The notes beneath the pieces are model-generated. The model was not told the DNA's origin, did no database searches, and saw nothing but the letters and a program-made list of their open reading frames with translations. Source: an uncultured Anaerolineales bacterium (lineage in GTDB: Bacteria > Chloroflexota > Anaerolineae > Anaerolineales > UBA6663). Taken from it: 46,808 nucleotides of DNA. Location of the stretch: positions 1 to 46,808 of the forward strand of contig CAYUYN010000002.1 in assembly GCA_964449185.1 (NCBI GenBank), written 5' to 3'. Shown in pieces: positions 19,055 to 27,290 of the stretch. The first letter of the stretch is position 1, and each line of letters begins with the position of its first letter. Made by a program: the position numbers and the translations under genes.

Positions 19055-19917
19055 GAAGGTAGTGTCTCCAGAACGCGCGCCAGCATAGTATCGAAGGACA
19101 CCTGCGGCTCGCCAAACCAGTCGCGCATGCGGCTCACGTCCGCGTACACCGAGTTTTCTAGGCCGCCGCTGGGCCGATCAAAAATCACCCGGCCCCGGCA
19201 TAAGCCCTGCTGAATGGCCTCGGCCAGCTCACGCCGCGTCCAGACGTGTGGATGGCAGCAATTCACTAGCGCGGGGGGAGAGGCCACGCGGTCTGCGGCC
19301 TCACGCGTGACCCGTACGAAATCATCAAGCGCGATGACTTGAATGCTGCTGTCGGGGTTGGGGCCGAGCGACCGCGCGGCCAGGATGGACTCGGCCAATG
19401 AGCGGATGACACCCAGCGTGGCGCTGTTGGCGTGCGCATAGCGGACGTGGATGCCCTGACGGCCGCCCCGGTTGCAAAAGAAGTCAATGAGGCGTTCCTG
19501 GGCGTAGCGGCAGCGGCCGTAATCACTGGTCGGGCGGCAAGGGGCGTCTTCGGCCGGTGCGCCGGGTTGGTCGCCGTAGACGTTAATCGTGGAGCCGTTG
19601 ACGATATTCGCAATGCCGGCATAGCGCTCCACCACCCGGCCCACGCCATAGAAATTCAGCTCCCACAGGCGATCGGGCCGGCTGGGCTCCCAAATCTCCA
19701 GGAACAATGTGTCAACGTCCGGCAGGGCGCGCGGGTCGTCCTGGAGTACGTCAAAGCGGATGGGATGGCAGCCGGCCGGGATGCGGCGATCGGGCGCGGC
19801 TTGATCTTCGAAGCGCGCGGCGCCGTAGACCGTCCAGCCGTTGGCCACTAAGGCGGCCGCCAGAGCGTGGCCGACCATGCCGGTGACGCCTAACACTAAG
19901 GCGGTGCGAGTAGTCAT
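19051..19917 (-). CDS. NAD-dependent epimerase/dehydratase-like extended SDR, atypical (YxxxR)
   Basis: ATG 19917 (MTTRTALVLGVTGMVG) chosen over TTG 19929. GxxGxxG is present. The active-site segment reads YGRCRYAQE, where the two paralogs in this window read YGLTKCLQE and YGLSKHLQE. ATGA overlap with the next gene. Confidence 0.7.
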   Translation of the reverse strand: MTTRTALVLGVTGMVGHALAAALVANGWTVYGAARFEDQAAPDRRIPAGCHPIRFDVLQDDPRALPDVDTLFLEIWEPSRPDRLWELNFYGVGRVVERYAGIANIVNGSTINVYGDQPGAPAEDAPCRPTSDYGRCRYAQERLIDFFCNRGGRQGIHVRYAHANSATLGVIRSLAESILAARSLGPNPDSSIQVIALDDFVRVTREAADRVASPPALVNCCHPHVWTRRELAEAIQQGLCRGRVIFDRPSGGLENSVYADVSRMRDWFGEPQVSFDTMLARVLETLPS

Positions 19918-20072
19918 ATTGGCTGCCAACCAGCGCGGCTTAGACAGCGTTCAATCACGAGGGCAGCCCTGCTGAACTGAAAATGAGTGGCTCGCGCGTG
20001 CGCTGAATGAGGGGCGACGGGGCAACGCCTGGGCGCCGGCTCATAGCCCGCCGGCCCTCTCGGTTGGGCACG

Positions 20073-20984
20073 CTAGCCCTTGACCCCGGTGATGACCACG
20101 CCCTGAATAAACTGCCGTTGAAACAGGAAGAACAGCAGCGCCATCGGCAGTGAGCTCAGCACACTGGCGGCCATTAAGAGATCGTAGCGCGGCAACTGGC
20201 CCACGCCGGCGGCGGCGCCGAAATTGGCCACGATCTGTGCGACGGTCAGCAGGCTTGTTTTTTGAATGTAGAGCAGGGGGCCAAAGAAGTCGTTCCAGGT
20301 GGCATTGAAGGTGAAAACGGCTAATACGGCCAGCACCGGCGCGCTCAACGGCACGATGACCCACAAGAAGAGCTGGAACGTGCTGCAACCGTCAATGCGG
20401 GCGGCATCGTCAATCTCGCGCGGGATGGTCAGCATGTACTGCCGCAGCAGAAAGATGGCCCAGGCCGAGCCAAAGAAGCTCGGCACGATGAGGGGCAGGT
20501 AGGTGTCGCCCCACTTCAGCACCATGGTGAACAAGGCAAAGAGCGGGATCATGGTTACCTGCGCCGGCAGCATCATGGTGGCCAGGACCGCAATGAACAT
20601 GATGTTCCGATACTTCCACTTCAAGCGGCTGAAGCTAAAAGCAATGACCGTATTGGAGAGCAGCGTGCCGATCTCCACAAAGAACACGATGAATAACGAA
20701 TTGAGGATATAGCGCCACAGGGGCCGATTGGCAGTGAACAGCACCTCCACGTAGTTGCTCCACACCCAATCGGTGGGCAGGATCGTCAAGGGTAGGCGCA
20801 GAATATCGGCCGGCGTTTTGAGCGAGGTCAGCAGCATCCACGTCCAAGGGATTGAGATGACGAAGGCGCCGACACCGAGGACGAGGTACGCCAGTGCTTT
20901 GCTGCCGAGGCTGCGCACACCGTACCAGTCCCACGGGCGGCTGGGCTTAGCTAAGAGGGGCTTGGAGGGGGTGATGGTTGACAT
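20073..20984 (-). CDS. Carbohydrate ABC transporter permease (CUT1, MalG-like)
   Basis: Multi-span hydrophobic protein with an EAA-loop region (IDDAARIDGCSTFQLF). ATG 20984 has AGGTGG 5 nt upstream. An alternative GTG lies at 20993. Confidence 0.85.
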   Translation of the reverse strand: MSTITPSKPLLAKPSRPWDWYGVRSLGSKALAYLVLGVGAFVISIPWTWMLLTSLKTPADILRLPLTILPTDWVWSNYVEVLFTANRPLWRYILNSLFIVFFVEIGTLLSNTVIAFSFSRLKWKYRNIMFIAVLATMMLPAQVTMIPLFALFTMVLKWGDTYLPLIVPSFFGSAWAIFLLRQYMLTIPREIDDAARIDGCSTFQLFLWVIVPLSAPVLAVLAVFTFNATWNDFFGPLLYIQKTSLLTVAQIVANFGAAAGVGQLPRYDLLMAASVLSSLPMALLFFLFQRQFIQGVVITGVKG

Positions 20985-20993
20985 GGCCGCCAC

Positions 20994-21968
20994 CTAGTCC
21001 GGCGTGTCAGACGAATCCTGCGTGTAGTGCACCCAGGATGACGAGCTTTTGAAGACGATCAGGGTGAGCCCTAAGATAAACACGAACAGCACCCAGGCCA
21101 GGGCCGAGCTAAAGCCCATCCGGAACAGGTAGAATGCGTTCTTGTACAGGTAAGTCATGTACACCATCCCGATCTCGCTGGGGACACCCCAGTTACCGGG
21201 ATCGCTGGTCAGGATGAAGAAGGAGGTGAAGGCCTGGCTGGCGCCGATGATGCCGATAACAAGATTGTAAAAGATGACGGGCGTCATCATCGGGAGGGTC
21301 ACGTAGCGCAGTAGGTCCAGGCTGGTGGCGCCGTCGACCTTGGCCGCGTCGTACAGGTCCGTGGGGATGCTCTGCAGCCCGGCCAGGTTGATGATCATCG
21401 AGCCGCCCACCGTCCAAATGCTCATGACGATAAAGGCCGGAATGATCCAGGTAGGGCCGAACCAGTTGGGGCTCGGGATGCCAGCCGAATCGAGGAGGGT
21501 GTTGACCAGCCCAAAATCACGGCTCAGCAGGAAGCGCCAGAGCTGAGCATATGCGACGGCGGCGGTAATGGCCGGCAAGTAATAGATCGTCCGCCAAAAG
21601 GAGACGCCGCGCAAGTTTTGGTTGACCAAGAGTGCCAGCAGCAACCCCAGGACTAGCCCCAGGGGCACGCTCAGGCCGGCAAAATAGAGGGTGTTCCGAA
21701 CGGCTTTCAAGAAGAGGGGGTCTTTGAAAATTTCGGCATAGTTGCCGAGGCCGTGCCAGCGGGGGGGATTGACGATGTCGTATAAGGTGAACGACCAATA
21801 GAACGAAACGATCATGGGGCCGATGGTGAAAAGCAGCATCCCCACCAGCCAGGGGGAGATCCACAACCAGCCTTCGAGGTTGCGCCGCGCATTCCGGCGC
21901 TGCCAGAATGGCTGGCGTGCCGCCGCAGGCAGTGGGACATTGGATGAGAGGGTGCTCACATCGGCCAT
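20994..21968 (-). CDS. Carbohydrate ABC transporter permease (CUT1, MalF-like)
   Basis: 324 aa. N-terminal WLWISPWLVGMLLFTIGP is typical of sugar permeases, and the EAA-type loop is DAAKVDGATSLDLLRYVTLP. GAGGAGA lies upstream of ATG 21968. Confidence 0.85.
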   Translation of the reverse strand: MADVSTLSSNVPLPAAARQPFWQRRNARRNLEGWLWISPWLVGMLLFTIGPMIVSFYWSFTLYDIVNPPRWHGLGNYAEIFKDPLFLKAVRNTLYFAGLSVPLGLVLGLLLALLVNQNLRGVSFWRTIYYLPAITAAVAYAQLWRFLLSRDFGLVNTLLDSAGIPSPNWFGPTWIIPAFIVMSIWTVGGSMIINLAGLQSIPTDLYDAAKVDGATSLDLLRYVTLPMMTPVIFYNLVIGIIGASQAFTSFFILTSDPGNWGVPSEIGMVYMTYLYKNAFYLFRMGFSSALAWVLFVFILGLTLIVFKSSSSWVHYTQDSSDTPD

Positions 21969-22027
21969 CCTGGTCTCCTCGTGATAGCGCTCTCAGACAA
22001 AGAACATTCCGCGGAAGGGAAACTAAG

Positions 22028-22069
22028 CGCCCGCCCCTCTCGGCGATGGCGGTCGAGAGGGGGCGGGCG
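22028..22069 (-). terminator. Strong GC-rich intercistronic stem-loop between the binding-protein and permease genes (attenuator, mRNA stabiliser or partial terminator)
   Basis: Arms are CGCCCGCCCCTCTCG (22028-22042) and CGAGAGGGGGCGGGCG (22054-22069). They pair for ~15 bp with one bulged G around an 11-nt loop. On the minus-strand RNA the stem is followed by a moderately U-rich stretch (CUUAGUUUCCCUUCC). Confidence 0.5.
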
Positions 22070-22078
22070 GTGGAAGGA

Positions 22079-23476
22079 TTAGCCCGAGGCTCCCTTGGCG
22101 AGATCGGTGTTGATCTTGTCATTCACTTCGGTCAGGACATCCATGAGCGGGCGGGTCTCCTCGCCGTCCTGCACCAGGGTCAGTGCGGTGTTGGCATGGC
22201 CGATGGCGATCGAAGCGCTCATGAGCGGCGTGTGTGGGTATACCGTGGCGACTTCGAACGCGCGCTTCATCGCGTCAGGGTTGGGCACCAGGTTCAGGTC
22301 CCAGAATGGCTGCTGGGCGTCGGTGCGCGGCGAGAGGATGGGCGAGTTGGTCCAGTGCTCGGTGATGGGCAGTTGGCCCTCGATGCTGGCCAGGAACTTG
22401 GTCAAGGCCAGGGCTTCCGGCAGGTTCTTGGAGCCGGCCCAGGCATAGTAGGCGGTGCTGTGCCCGATCCCCGCCGCCTCGTTGCCGCTGGCGCTGACGG
22501 GCGAGGTGAAGAAGTTGAGCTTGAACTTCGCTTCGGGCAGTTGGTTGTTCAGTACCCATCCAAAGGCCCAGTCACCGCTGACCATCAGGGCGGTCTTTTG
22601 ATTAATGAAGGCGGAATAGATGTTGAGCTGGTTGGTGCTGAGGGCGCCGCCCGAGGGGGAGACCTTGTCCTTCAGGACCATGTCCACGCAGCGCTGGGCC
22701 GCATCGACGAAGGCGGGTTCGGTCACGCGCGCGGTGACGCCGTCAGCCGACAGTAGGTCGCCGCCGTTGGCCACGACCAAGTCGCCCAGGCCGCTCTGCC
22801 ACTCGGCGCTCATGGCCGAGCCCCACTTTTTGTCGGGGCCTTCACCCGAGGTCATAGCCGCGGCACTCTCGACGAACGCATCCCAGGTCCATTCAGCCTC
22901 GCCGTACTCGTGCGGCAGTTTGACACCGGCGGCGGTGAGCAGGTCTTCGTTGTAGATGGTGCCGGTCGTTTCGACCGAGAAGGGCACGGCCCACAGCGCT
23001 TCCTTGTAGGTATAAGCGCCCGTGGTACTGCGGACGAAGTGGGTCATGTACTCCTGCCACTCCGCGTCGGCGCTCATGGCCTCGGTCAGGTTGACCAATT
23101 GACCGCGGTACATCAGCGGCCAGGCGGCCGGCACGTTCGTGACGGACACATCGGCGGCGTTGCCGGCGGCCATGGCAATGGCTTGCTTGGTGTAATCGAC
23201 CGTGATGGGTTCAAAATCGAGCGTGGGGTACTTGGCCTTCAGGTTAGCTTGCAGTGTTTTCAGCAGGGGGCCCTGCACCGTATCGTTGAAGCCTTCCGTT
23301 CCGTAAAAGCCAAAGGTCAGCTTTACGTTGCGCAGGGCCGGCGCCCCGGCCGTGACCCCTTCGGCGGGAGTCGGGGGCGCGAGAGTCGCCTCCGGCGCGC
23401 AGGCGGCCAGGGCTGCCCCGCTGAGGGTGATGCTGGCCATTCTTAGAAAATCGCGGCGGCTTATGTTCTTATCCAT
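22079..23476 (-). CDS. Extracellular solute-binding protein (family 1, sugar ABC importer), Tat signal plus lipobox
   Basis: Trimmed to ATG 23476 (MDKNISRRDFLRMASITLSGAALAAC), with GGAGAGAGGA 8 nt upstream. It carries a twin-arginine motif SRRDFLR and a lipobox LAAC. Confidence 0.85.
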   Translation of the reverse strand: MDKNISRRDFLRMASITLSGAALAACAPEATLAPPTPAEGVTAGAPALRNVKLTFGFYGTEGFNDTVQGPLLKTLQANLKAKYPTLDFEPITVDYTKQAIAMAAGNAADVSVTNVPAAWPLMYRGQLVNLTEAMSADAEWQEYMTHFVRSTTGAYTYKEALWAVPFSVETTGTIYNEDLLTAAGVKLPHEYGEAEWTWDAFVESAAAMTSGEGPDKKWGSAMSAEWQSGLGDLVVANGGDLLSADGVTARVTEPAFVDAAQRCVDMVLKDKVSPSGGALSTNQLNIYSAFINQKTALMVSGDWAFGWVLNNQLPEAKFKLNFFTSPVSASGNEAAGIGHSTAYYAWAGSKNLPEALALTKFLASIEGQLPITEHWTNSPILSPRTDAQQPFWDLNLVPNPDAMKRAFEVATVYPHTPLMSASIAIGHANTALTLVQDGEETRPLMDVLTEVNDKINTDLAKGASG

Positions 23477-23721
23477 CGTTGCAATCCTCTCTCCTTGTGT
23501 TCCCATCCGGATGCGGCCAGCAGTGGTTGGAGCAAAAGATACATTAGGCTGTCGCTCGTTGGACTCCCCTCAACTGTGCGGGTCTGACGTTCGGTTTCCT
23601 GCCAATCTCAATTAGGTGGTGTGCAGCACGCGCGCTGCCGCTCGACTAAGTCGATACCGCAGGAGGCAAACCATGCAGGAAGTTTTGAATAGCACCATAC
23701 GTAAGTTGGGATTACGTGGTT

Positions 23722-23750
23722 AGTATTGCATAGTTATTTTTAGAAGTCAA
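23722..23750 (-). promoter_or_regulatory. Candidate sigma-70-type promoter for the minus-strand transporter/hydrolase operon
   Basis: On the minus strand: TTGACT (23750-23745), a 17-nt spacer, then AATACT (23727-23722). It lies in the AT-rich 23507-23903 intergenic region. Prediction by eye only. Confidence 0.25.
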
Positions 23751-23753
23751 TGC

Positions 23754-23782
23754 TTGACAGCCAACTTTTACTATAATAAGCT
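23754..23782 (+). promoter_or_regulatory. Candidate sigma-70-type promoter for the plus-strand lactonase/dehydratase operon
   Basis: TTGACA (23754-23759), a 17-nt spacer, then TAAGCT (23777-23782). The perfect TATAAT at 23772-23777 is only 12 nt from the -35 and so is probably not the partner hexamer. Confidence 0.35.
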
Positions 23783-23805
23783 AACTCAGAAACATTTCTC
23801 GACAT

Positions 23806-23821
23806 AAGTTTTCGAAAACTT
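23806..23821. promoter_or_regulatory. Perfect 16-bp palindrome AAGTTTTCGAAAACTT, candidate operator
   Basis: The sequence is its own reverse complement. It extends to 22 bp (23803-23824) with one mismatched pair. It sits between the candidate plus-strand promoter and ATG 23904, in the divergent control region. Confidence 0.5.
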
Positions 23822-23903
23822 TTGATAGGTGTTATTCAGAACTTCTGCGAACGGCCTGCATGCCCAGCCGTGGTGAAGCAATAACGCCCGACACCTCTGT
23901 TAT

Positions 23904-24722
23904 ATGTTTGATGCACATGTTCACCTCTGGCGCGCGGGCGATGAAGGCTTCAGCCCAGAGTTTGGGCCGCCGCCCGACCTGGAGGCCTCTGCGGAGCATC
24001 TCCTGATGCTGATGGACCAGAACGGGGTCGAGCGAGCGGCGCTCATCCAGCCCGGCTGCTATGGTTTTGATGCGAGCCTGCTGGCCGACCAAGTACGGCA
24101 GACGCCCGACCGCTTTGTGGGCCTGGGGATGGTGGATCCGCGCCAGCCCGACGTGGCCGACCGGCTGTCGTACTGGGTGGAGAGCCGCCACCTAGTGGGC
24201 ATGCGGGTGCTAGGCCGCTGGATCGACGCGGCCCATTTGCAGGACTTGTGGCGGCGGGCGGCTGAGCTGCAGGCCGCGCTGGCGTTTTTGACCGGCCCGA
24301 TCGACCTTGAGCCGCTGGAACAACTGATTAGCCGCCTGCCGGCGACACCGGTCATCATCGATCACCTGGCGCATCGCCGCCTGGACGACCGGGCGCACTG
24401 CCAACAACTCCTCAACCTGGCCCGGTATCCGCAGGTTTACGTCAAAGTGTCCGGCCTCTATGTGCTTTCGCGCCAACCGCACCCCCACGCCGATGCCGGC
24501 TGGCTCATCCAAGAGGTTATTCAGGCCTTTGGCGCGCAGCGGCTGATGTGGGCCACCGACTACCCGTATATCGTGGATACGGACGGCTACGGGAACTGCC
24601 TGGAGTGGTTTCACCACGTCCTGCCGCATACCACCCAGGCCGAGCGCGATTGGATCTGCGGCCAAACCGCGAACCGCCTCTGGCCGACGCCGGGCGGGGA
24701 CACGCCTCACCCCAACCCTTAG
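23904..24722 (+). CDS. Amidohydrolase_2-family metal-dependent hydrolase (sugar-lactonase-like)
   Basis: 272 aa. Motifs are FDAHVHLW (HxH), IIDHLA and LMWATDYPY. It sits directly upstream of an enolase-superfamily dehydratase, as in non-phosphorylative sugar-acid routes. Confidence 0.8.
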   Translation: MFDAHVHLWRAGDEGFSPEFGPPPDLEASAEHLLMLMDQNGVERAALIQPGCYGFDASLLADQVRQTPDRFVGLGMVDPRQPDVADRLSYWVESRHLVGMRVLGRWIDAAHLQDLWRRAAELQAALAFLTGPIDLEPLEQLISRLPATPVIIDHLAHRRLDDRAHCQQLLNLARYPQVYVKVSGLYVLSRQPHPHADAGWLIQEVIQAFGAQRLMWATDYPYIVDTDGYGNCLEWFHHVLPHTTQAERDWICGQTANRLWPTPGGDTPHPNP

Positions 24723-24735
24723 GAGCATACCCCCT

Positions 24736-25878
24736 GTGAAAATCGACAAGGTTGAAACCTTCTTAGTCGAAGCCGGCGCTCGCAACTGGCTCTTTACCAA
24801 GATTTATACCGACAAAGGCCTCACCGGGATTTCAGAGACCACCATCAAGCGCAAAGAGCGAACGCTGAAAGCCTCGGTGGAGGAGTTGACGCGCTACCTG
24901 ATTGGCAAAGACCCGACCTGTATCGAGGACCACCTCGAGAAAATGTATCGCGATGCCTTTTGGGTGGGCGGCACGATGCTCTCCTCGGCCATCAGCGCCG
25001 TTGAAGCCGCGCTGTGGGACATCCTCGGCAAGAGCGTGGGCCTGCCCGTCTACAAGCTGCTGGGCGGTCCCACGCGCGACAAGCTCCGCGTTTACTGCTG
25101 GATTGGCGCCGGCCGCGACGCCTCGCTGGCGGCCTGGCAAGAGGCCGGCCTGGCCGCCAAGGAAAAGGGCTTTACGGCGGTCAAGATCGGCATCTTGGGC
25201 GGCACCGCTTACGGCGGCGAGAAAGAGACGGAAGGCCTGTCGCCGGCCATTATCAAGACGGCGGTCAGCCGCCTAAGCGCCGTGCGCGAAGCCGTGGGTT
25301 GGGACTTTGATATTGCGATTGACCTGGGCGGACGGCTGAACGCCGCCAACGCGATCCGCTTGATCTCGGCGGTTGAAGATCTGGACCTGCTGTTCGTGGA
25401 AGAGCCGTTGCCGCCCGAGAATATCGACGCGCTGGCAACCGTCGCCCGGGCCGTGCGCACGCCCCTCGCCTCCGGCGAGCGGCTCAACACCAAATACGGC
25501 TATCGCCAGCTATTAGAGAAGCAGGCCGTCGCGGTGCTGCAGCCGGACATCTGCAATTGCGGCGGGATCATGGAAGGCAAAAAGATCGCGGCCATGGCCG
25601 AAGCCTGGTATGTGCCCGTTGCGCCCCACAACCCGAATGGCCCAGTGGCCACCGCCATGACGGCCCAGGTGGCGGCGTCGATCCCGAACTTCTTGATCAT
25701 GGAAACCGTGGGGGCCTTCAGCCCGGAGAAGGAGCGCCATGAGGAAATGGTGCTTGAAACCCTGAAGATCAAAAATGGCTACCTGGAGCTGCCTACCCGG
25801 CCGGGCCTCGGCGTCGAGCTGAACGACGAGGCCCTCGCTCGCCATCCGTTTGTAATGAGCGACGCGCGGCGCCAATGA
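24736..25878 (+). CDS. Enolase-superfamily (mandelate racemase/muconate lactonizing enzyme family) sugar-acid dehydratase-like
   Basis: 380 aa from a GTG start, with AGGAG 9 nt upstream. Metal-ligand contexts are IAIDLGGR, LFVEEPLPPEN and ASGERL, plus PHNPNGPVA. Paralog of 40294-41499. Confidence 0.85.
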   Translation: MKIDKVETFLVEAGARNWLFTKIYTDKGLTGISETTIKRKERTLKASVEELTRYLIGKDPTCIEDHLEKMYRDAFWVGGTMLSSAISAVEAALWDILGKSVGLPVYKLLGGPTRDKLRVYCWIGAGRDASLAAWQEAGLAAKEKGFTAVKIGILGGTAYGGEKETEGLSPAIIKTAVSRLSAVREAVGWDFDIAIDLGGRLNAANAIRLISAVEDLDLLFVEEPLPPENIDALATVARAVRTPLASGERLNTKYGYRQLLEKQAVAVLQPDICNCGGIMEGKKIAAMAEAWYVPVAPHNPNGPVATAMTAQVAASIPNFLIMETVGAFSPEKERHEEMVLETLKIKNGYLELPTRPGLGVELNDEALARHPFVMSDARRQ

Positions 25879-27272
25879 GCGCGCGCGGCGCGGCAGGTCC
25901 GGCGGCCACGCCCCGCCGGCGCATCGGTTGGCTCGCCGATTTGGAGACGCTGGCACATAACCCGGAGCGTCTGGCTCGGCTGCAAGACCAACTTGGCATT
26001 ACGACCGTCTGGCTCGAAAGCGGACGGTACCATACGGCGGGCTATCGCCTGTCGGAGGCGGCCTGGGCGTCGAGCCCGTTTCAGGACTGGCGTACCCAGC
26101 CAGGCCTGGCGCGGCACCGCCAGATCCGCCGCTTGCCGGAGACGTCCTTCCCGGTGCTGCCGGGCATCCTGGCCGGTGCCGATGAGGCTGACTTGCTGGC
26201 CGTCATAGACAATGCCGGCCGGCTCGGCATCGAGCTGTGGGGGCACCTGGGCTTTTGGAGTTACGGCGGTATGGTCTACCCCGACTTGGCGGTCCGTGAC
26301 CTGGCGCAGTGTGAAATCCCCAGTACCGAGGATCGTTGGGGCGCCTGTTTCTGCCCCAGCAAGGACGCCCTCAACGACTGGCTGGTGACGTGCGTCCGGG
26401 ACTGCGCGGCGCGTTACCCGCTCCAGGGGATGGAAGTGGATCATGCCCGCTATATCCCTCCACACAGCCTGCCCAACCTGCTGACGTGTGCCTGCCCCGA
26501 CTGCGCCCGCCAGGCGGCCGTCTGGGGCATTGACGCCGCCGGCCTGGCCCAGCACTTCCGGGCGGCGTTGGCACGGATGCAGGCTGCGCCGGCGGGCGAC
26601 ATCGCCGCGGCGCTGCAAACGGACGGTACGCTGATCGACGCCATGGATACCCTGGTGCACGAACAGGCGGCCAGCCGCTGGTTTACACTGCGCGCGCGCT
26701 ACCTCACGACGACACTCGAAAAAGCGGCGGTGGCCGCGCAACAGAGCGCCCCTCGTCCCTTTGATTTCGGCATTGACGTTCTGCCGCCCTCGGTGGCGCT
26801 GCTGACCGGGCATCACTATGCGGAGCTGGGCTGCCTGGATTACTTCACGGGCGGCTTCGGTTACATCGGCTGGGAGCGGGCCGGGGTGAGCACCGCGGTG
26901 GTATGGGCAAAATTTCTTCTGGCGGGCTGGCCCGAACTCGACGAGGCCTTCGTTATGGCACAACTCCTGCGGCTGGCGGGCTTGGCGGGCTTGCCGCTGG
27001 CCGAGCCGATGAGCGTGCTGGAAAAGCCGCCGGCGCTGCTGTTGGCCCAACTGGAAGCCCGTGAGATTGAACGCGCGGCGGCCATGCGCCCGGCCGGTAT
27101 GCCGGTCTATCCGCCGGTGAGCTTGCCGGCCATCGGCGCCGATGGCCTGGCGATCGTGAGCCGCGCGGTGGCCGAGCACGGCCTGGATGGGGTGATTGTG
27201 GCCGGCCTGGAAAACCTGACGCCAGACCAAGACCAGCGGGTGGCCGAGGCGCTGCGGCCCCTGGCCCAATGA
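25875..27272 (+). CDS. Hypothetical protein (465 aa), Cys-motif-containing, possibly glycosidase-like TIM barrel
   Basis: ATGA overlap with the upstream gene and GC3-rich codons. Contains CFCP and CACPDC motifs. Family not recognised. Confidence 0.6.
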   Translation: MSARGAAGPAATPRRRIGWLADLETLAHNPERLARLQDQLGITTVWLESGRYHTAGYRLSEAAWASSPFQDWRTQPGLARHRQIRRLPETSFPVLPGILAGADEADLLAVIDNAGRLGIELWGHLGFWSYGGMVYPDLAVRDLAQCEIPSTEDRWGACFCPSKDALNDWLVTCVRDCAARYPLQGMEVDHARYIPPHSLPNLLTCACPDCARQAAVWGIDAAGLAQHFRAALARMQAAPAGDIAAALQTDGTLIDAMDTLVHEQAASRWFTLRARYLTTTLEKAAVAAQQSAPRPFDFGIDVLPPSVALLTGHHYAELGCLDYFTGGFGYIGWERAGVSTAVVWAKFLLAGWPELDEAFVMAQLLRLAGLAGLPLAEPMSVLEKPPALLLAQLEAREIERAAAMRPAGMPVYPPVSLPAIGADGLAIVSRAVAEHGLDGVIVAGLENLTPDQDQRVAEALRPLAQ

Positions 27273-27290
27273 GATCGCGGAGACTTCATT

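Noticed and set aside
19930-20072. Possible terminator or regulatory RNA in the ~155-nt gap between the permease and the SDR gene
   Set aside because: There are only imperfect GC-rich inverted repeats (GGGCGCCGGCT...AGCCCGCCGGCCC) with bulges and no U-tract. That is not enough to call a terminator, an internal promoter or a riboswitch.
23661-23723. 16-codon sORF (MQEVLNSTIRKLGLRG) preceded by a perfect AGGAGG with 6-nt spacing, in the AT-rich control region
   Set aside because: It lies upstream of the plus-strand promoter candidate and antisense to the likely leader of the binding-protein mRNA. It is too short to assess and has no supporting promoter. It could be chance, so I recorded it only as something to revisit if ribosome profiling data exist.
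23754-23777. Perfect TTGACA and perfect TATAAT hexamers in the same region
   Set aside because: They are only 12 nt apart, too close for a sigma-70-type promoter. I paired the -35 with TAAGCT at 17-nt spacing instead, with low confidence.
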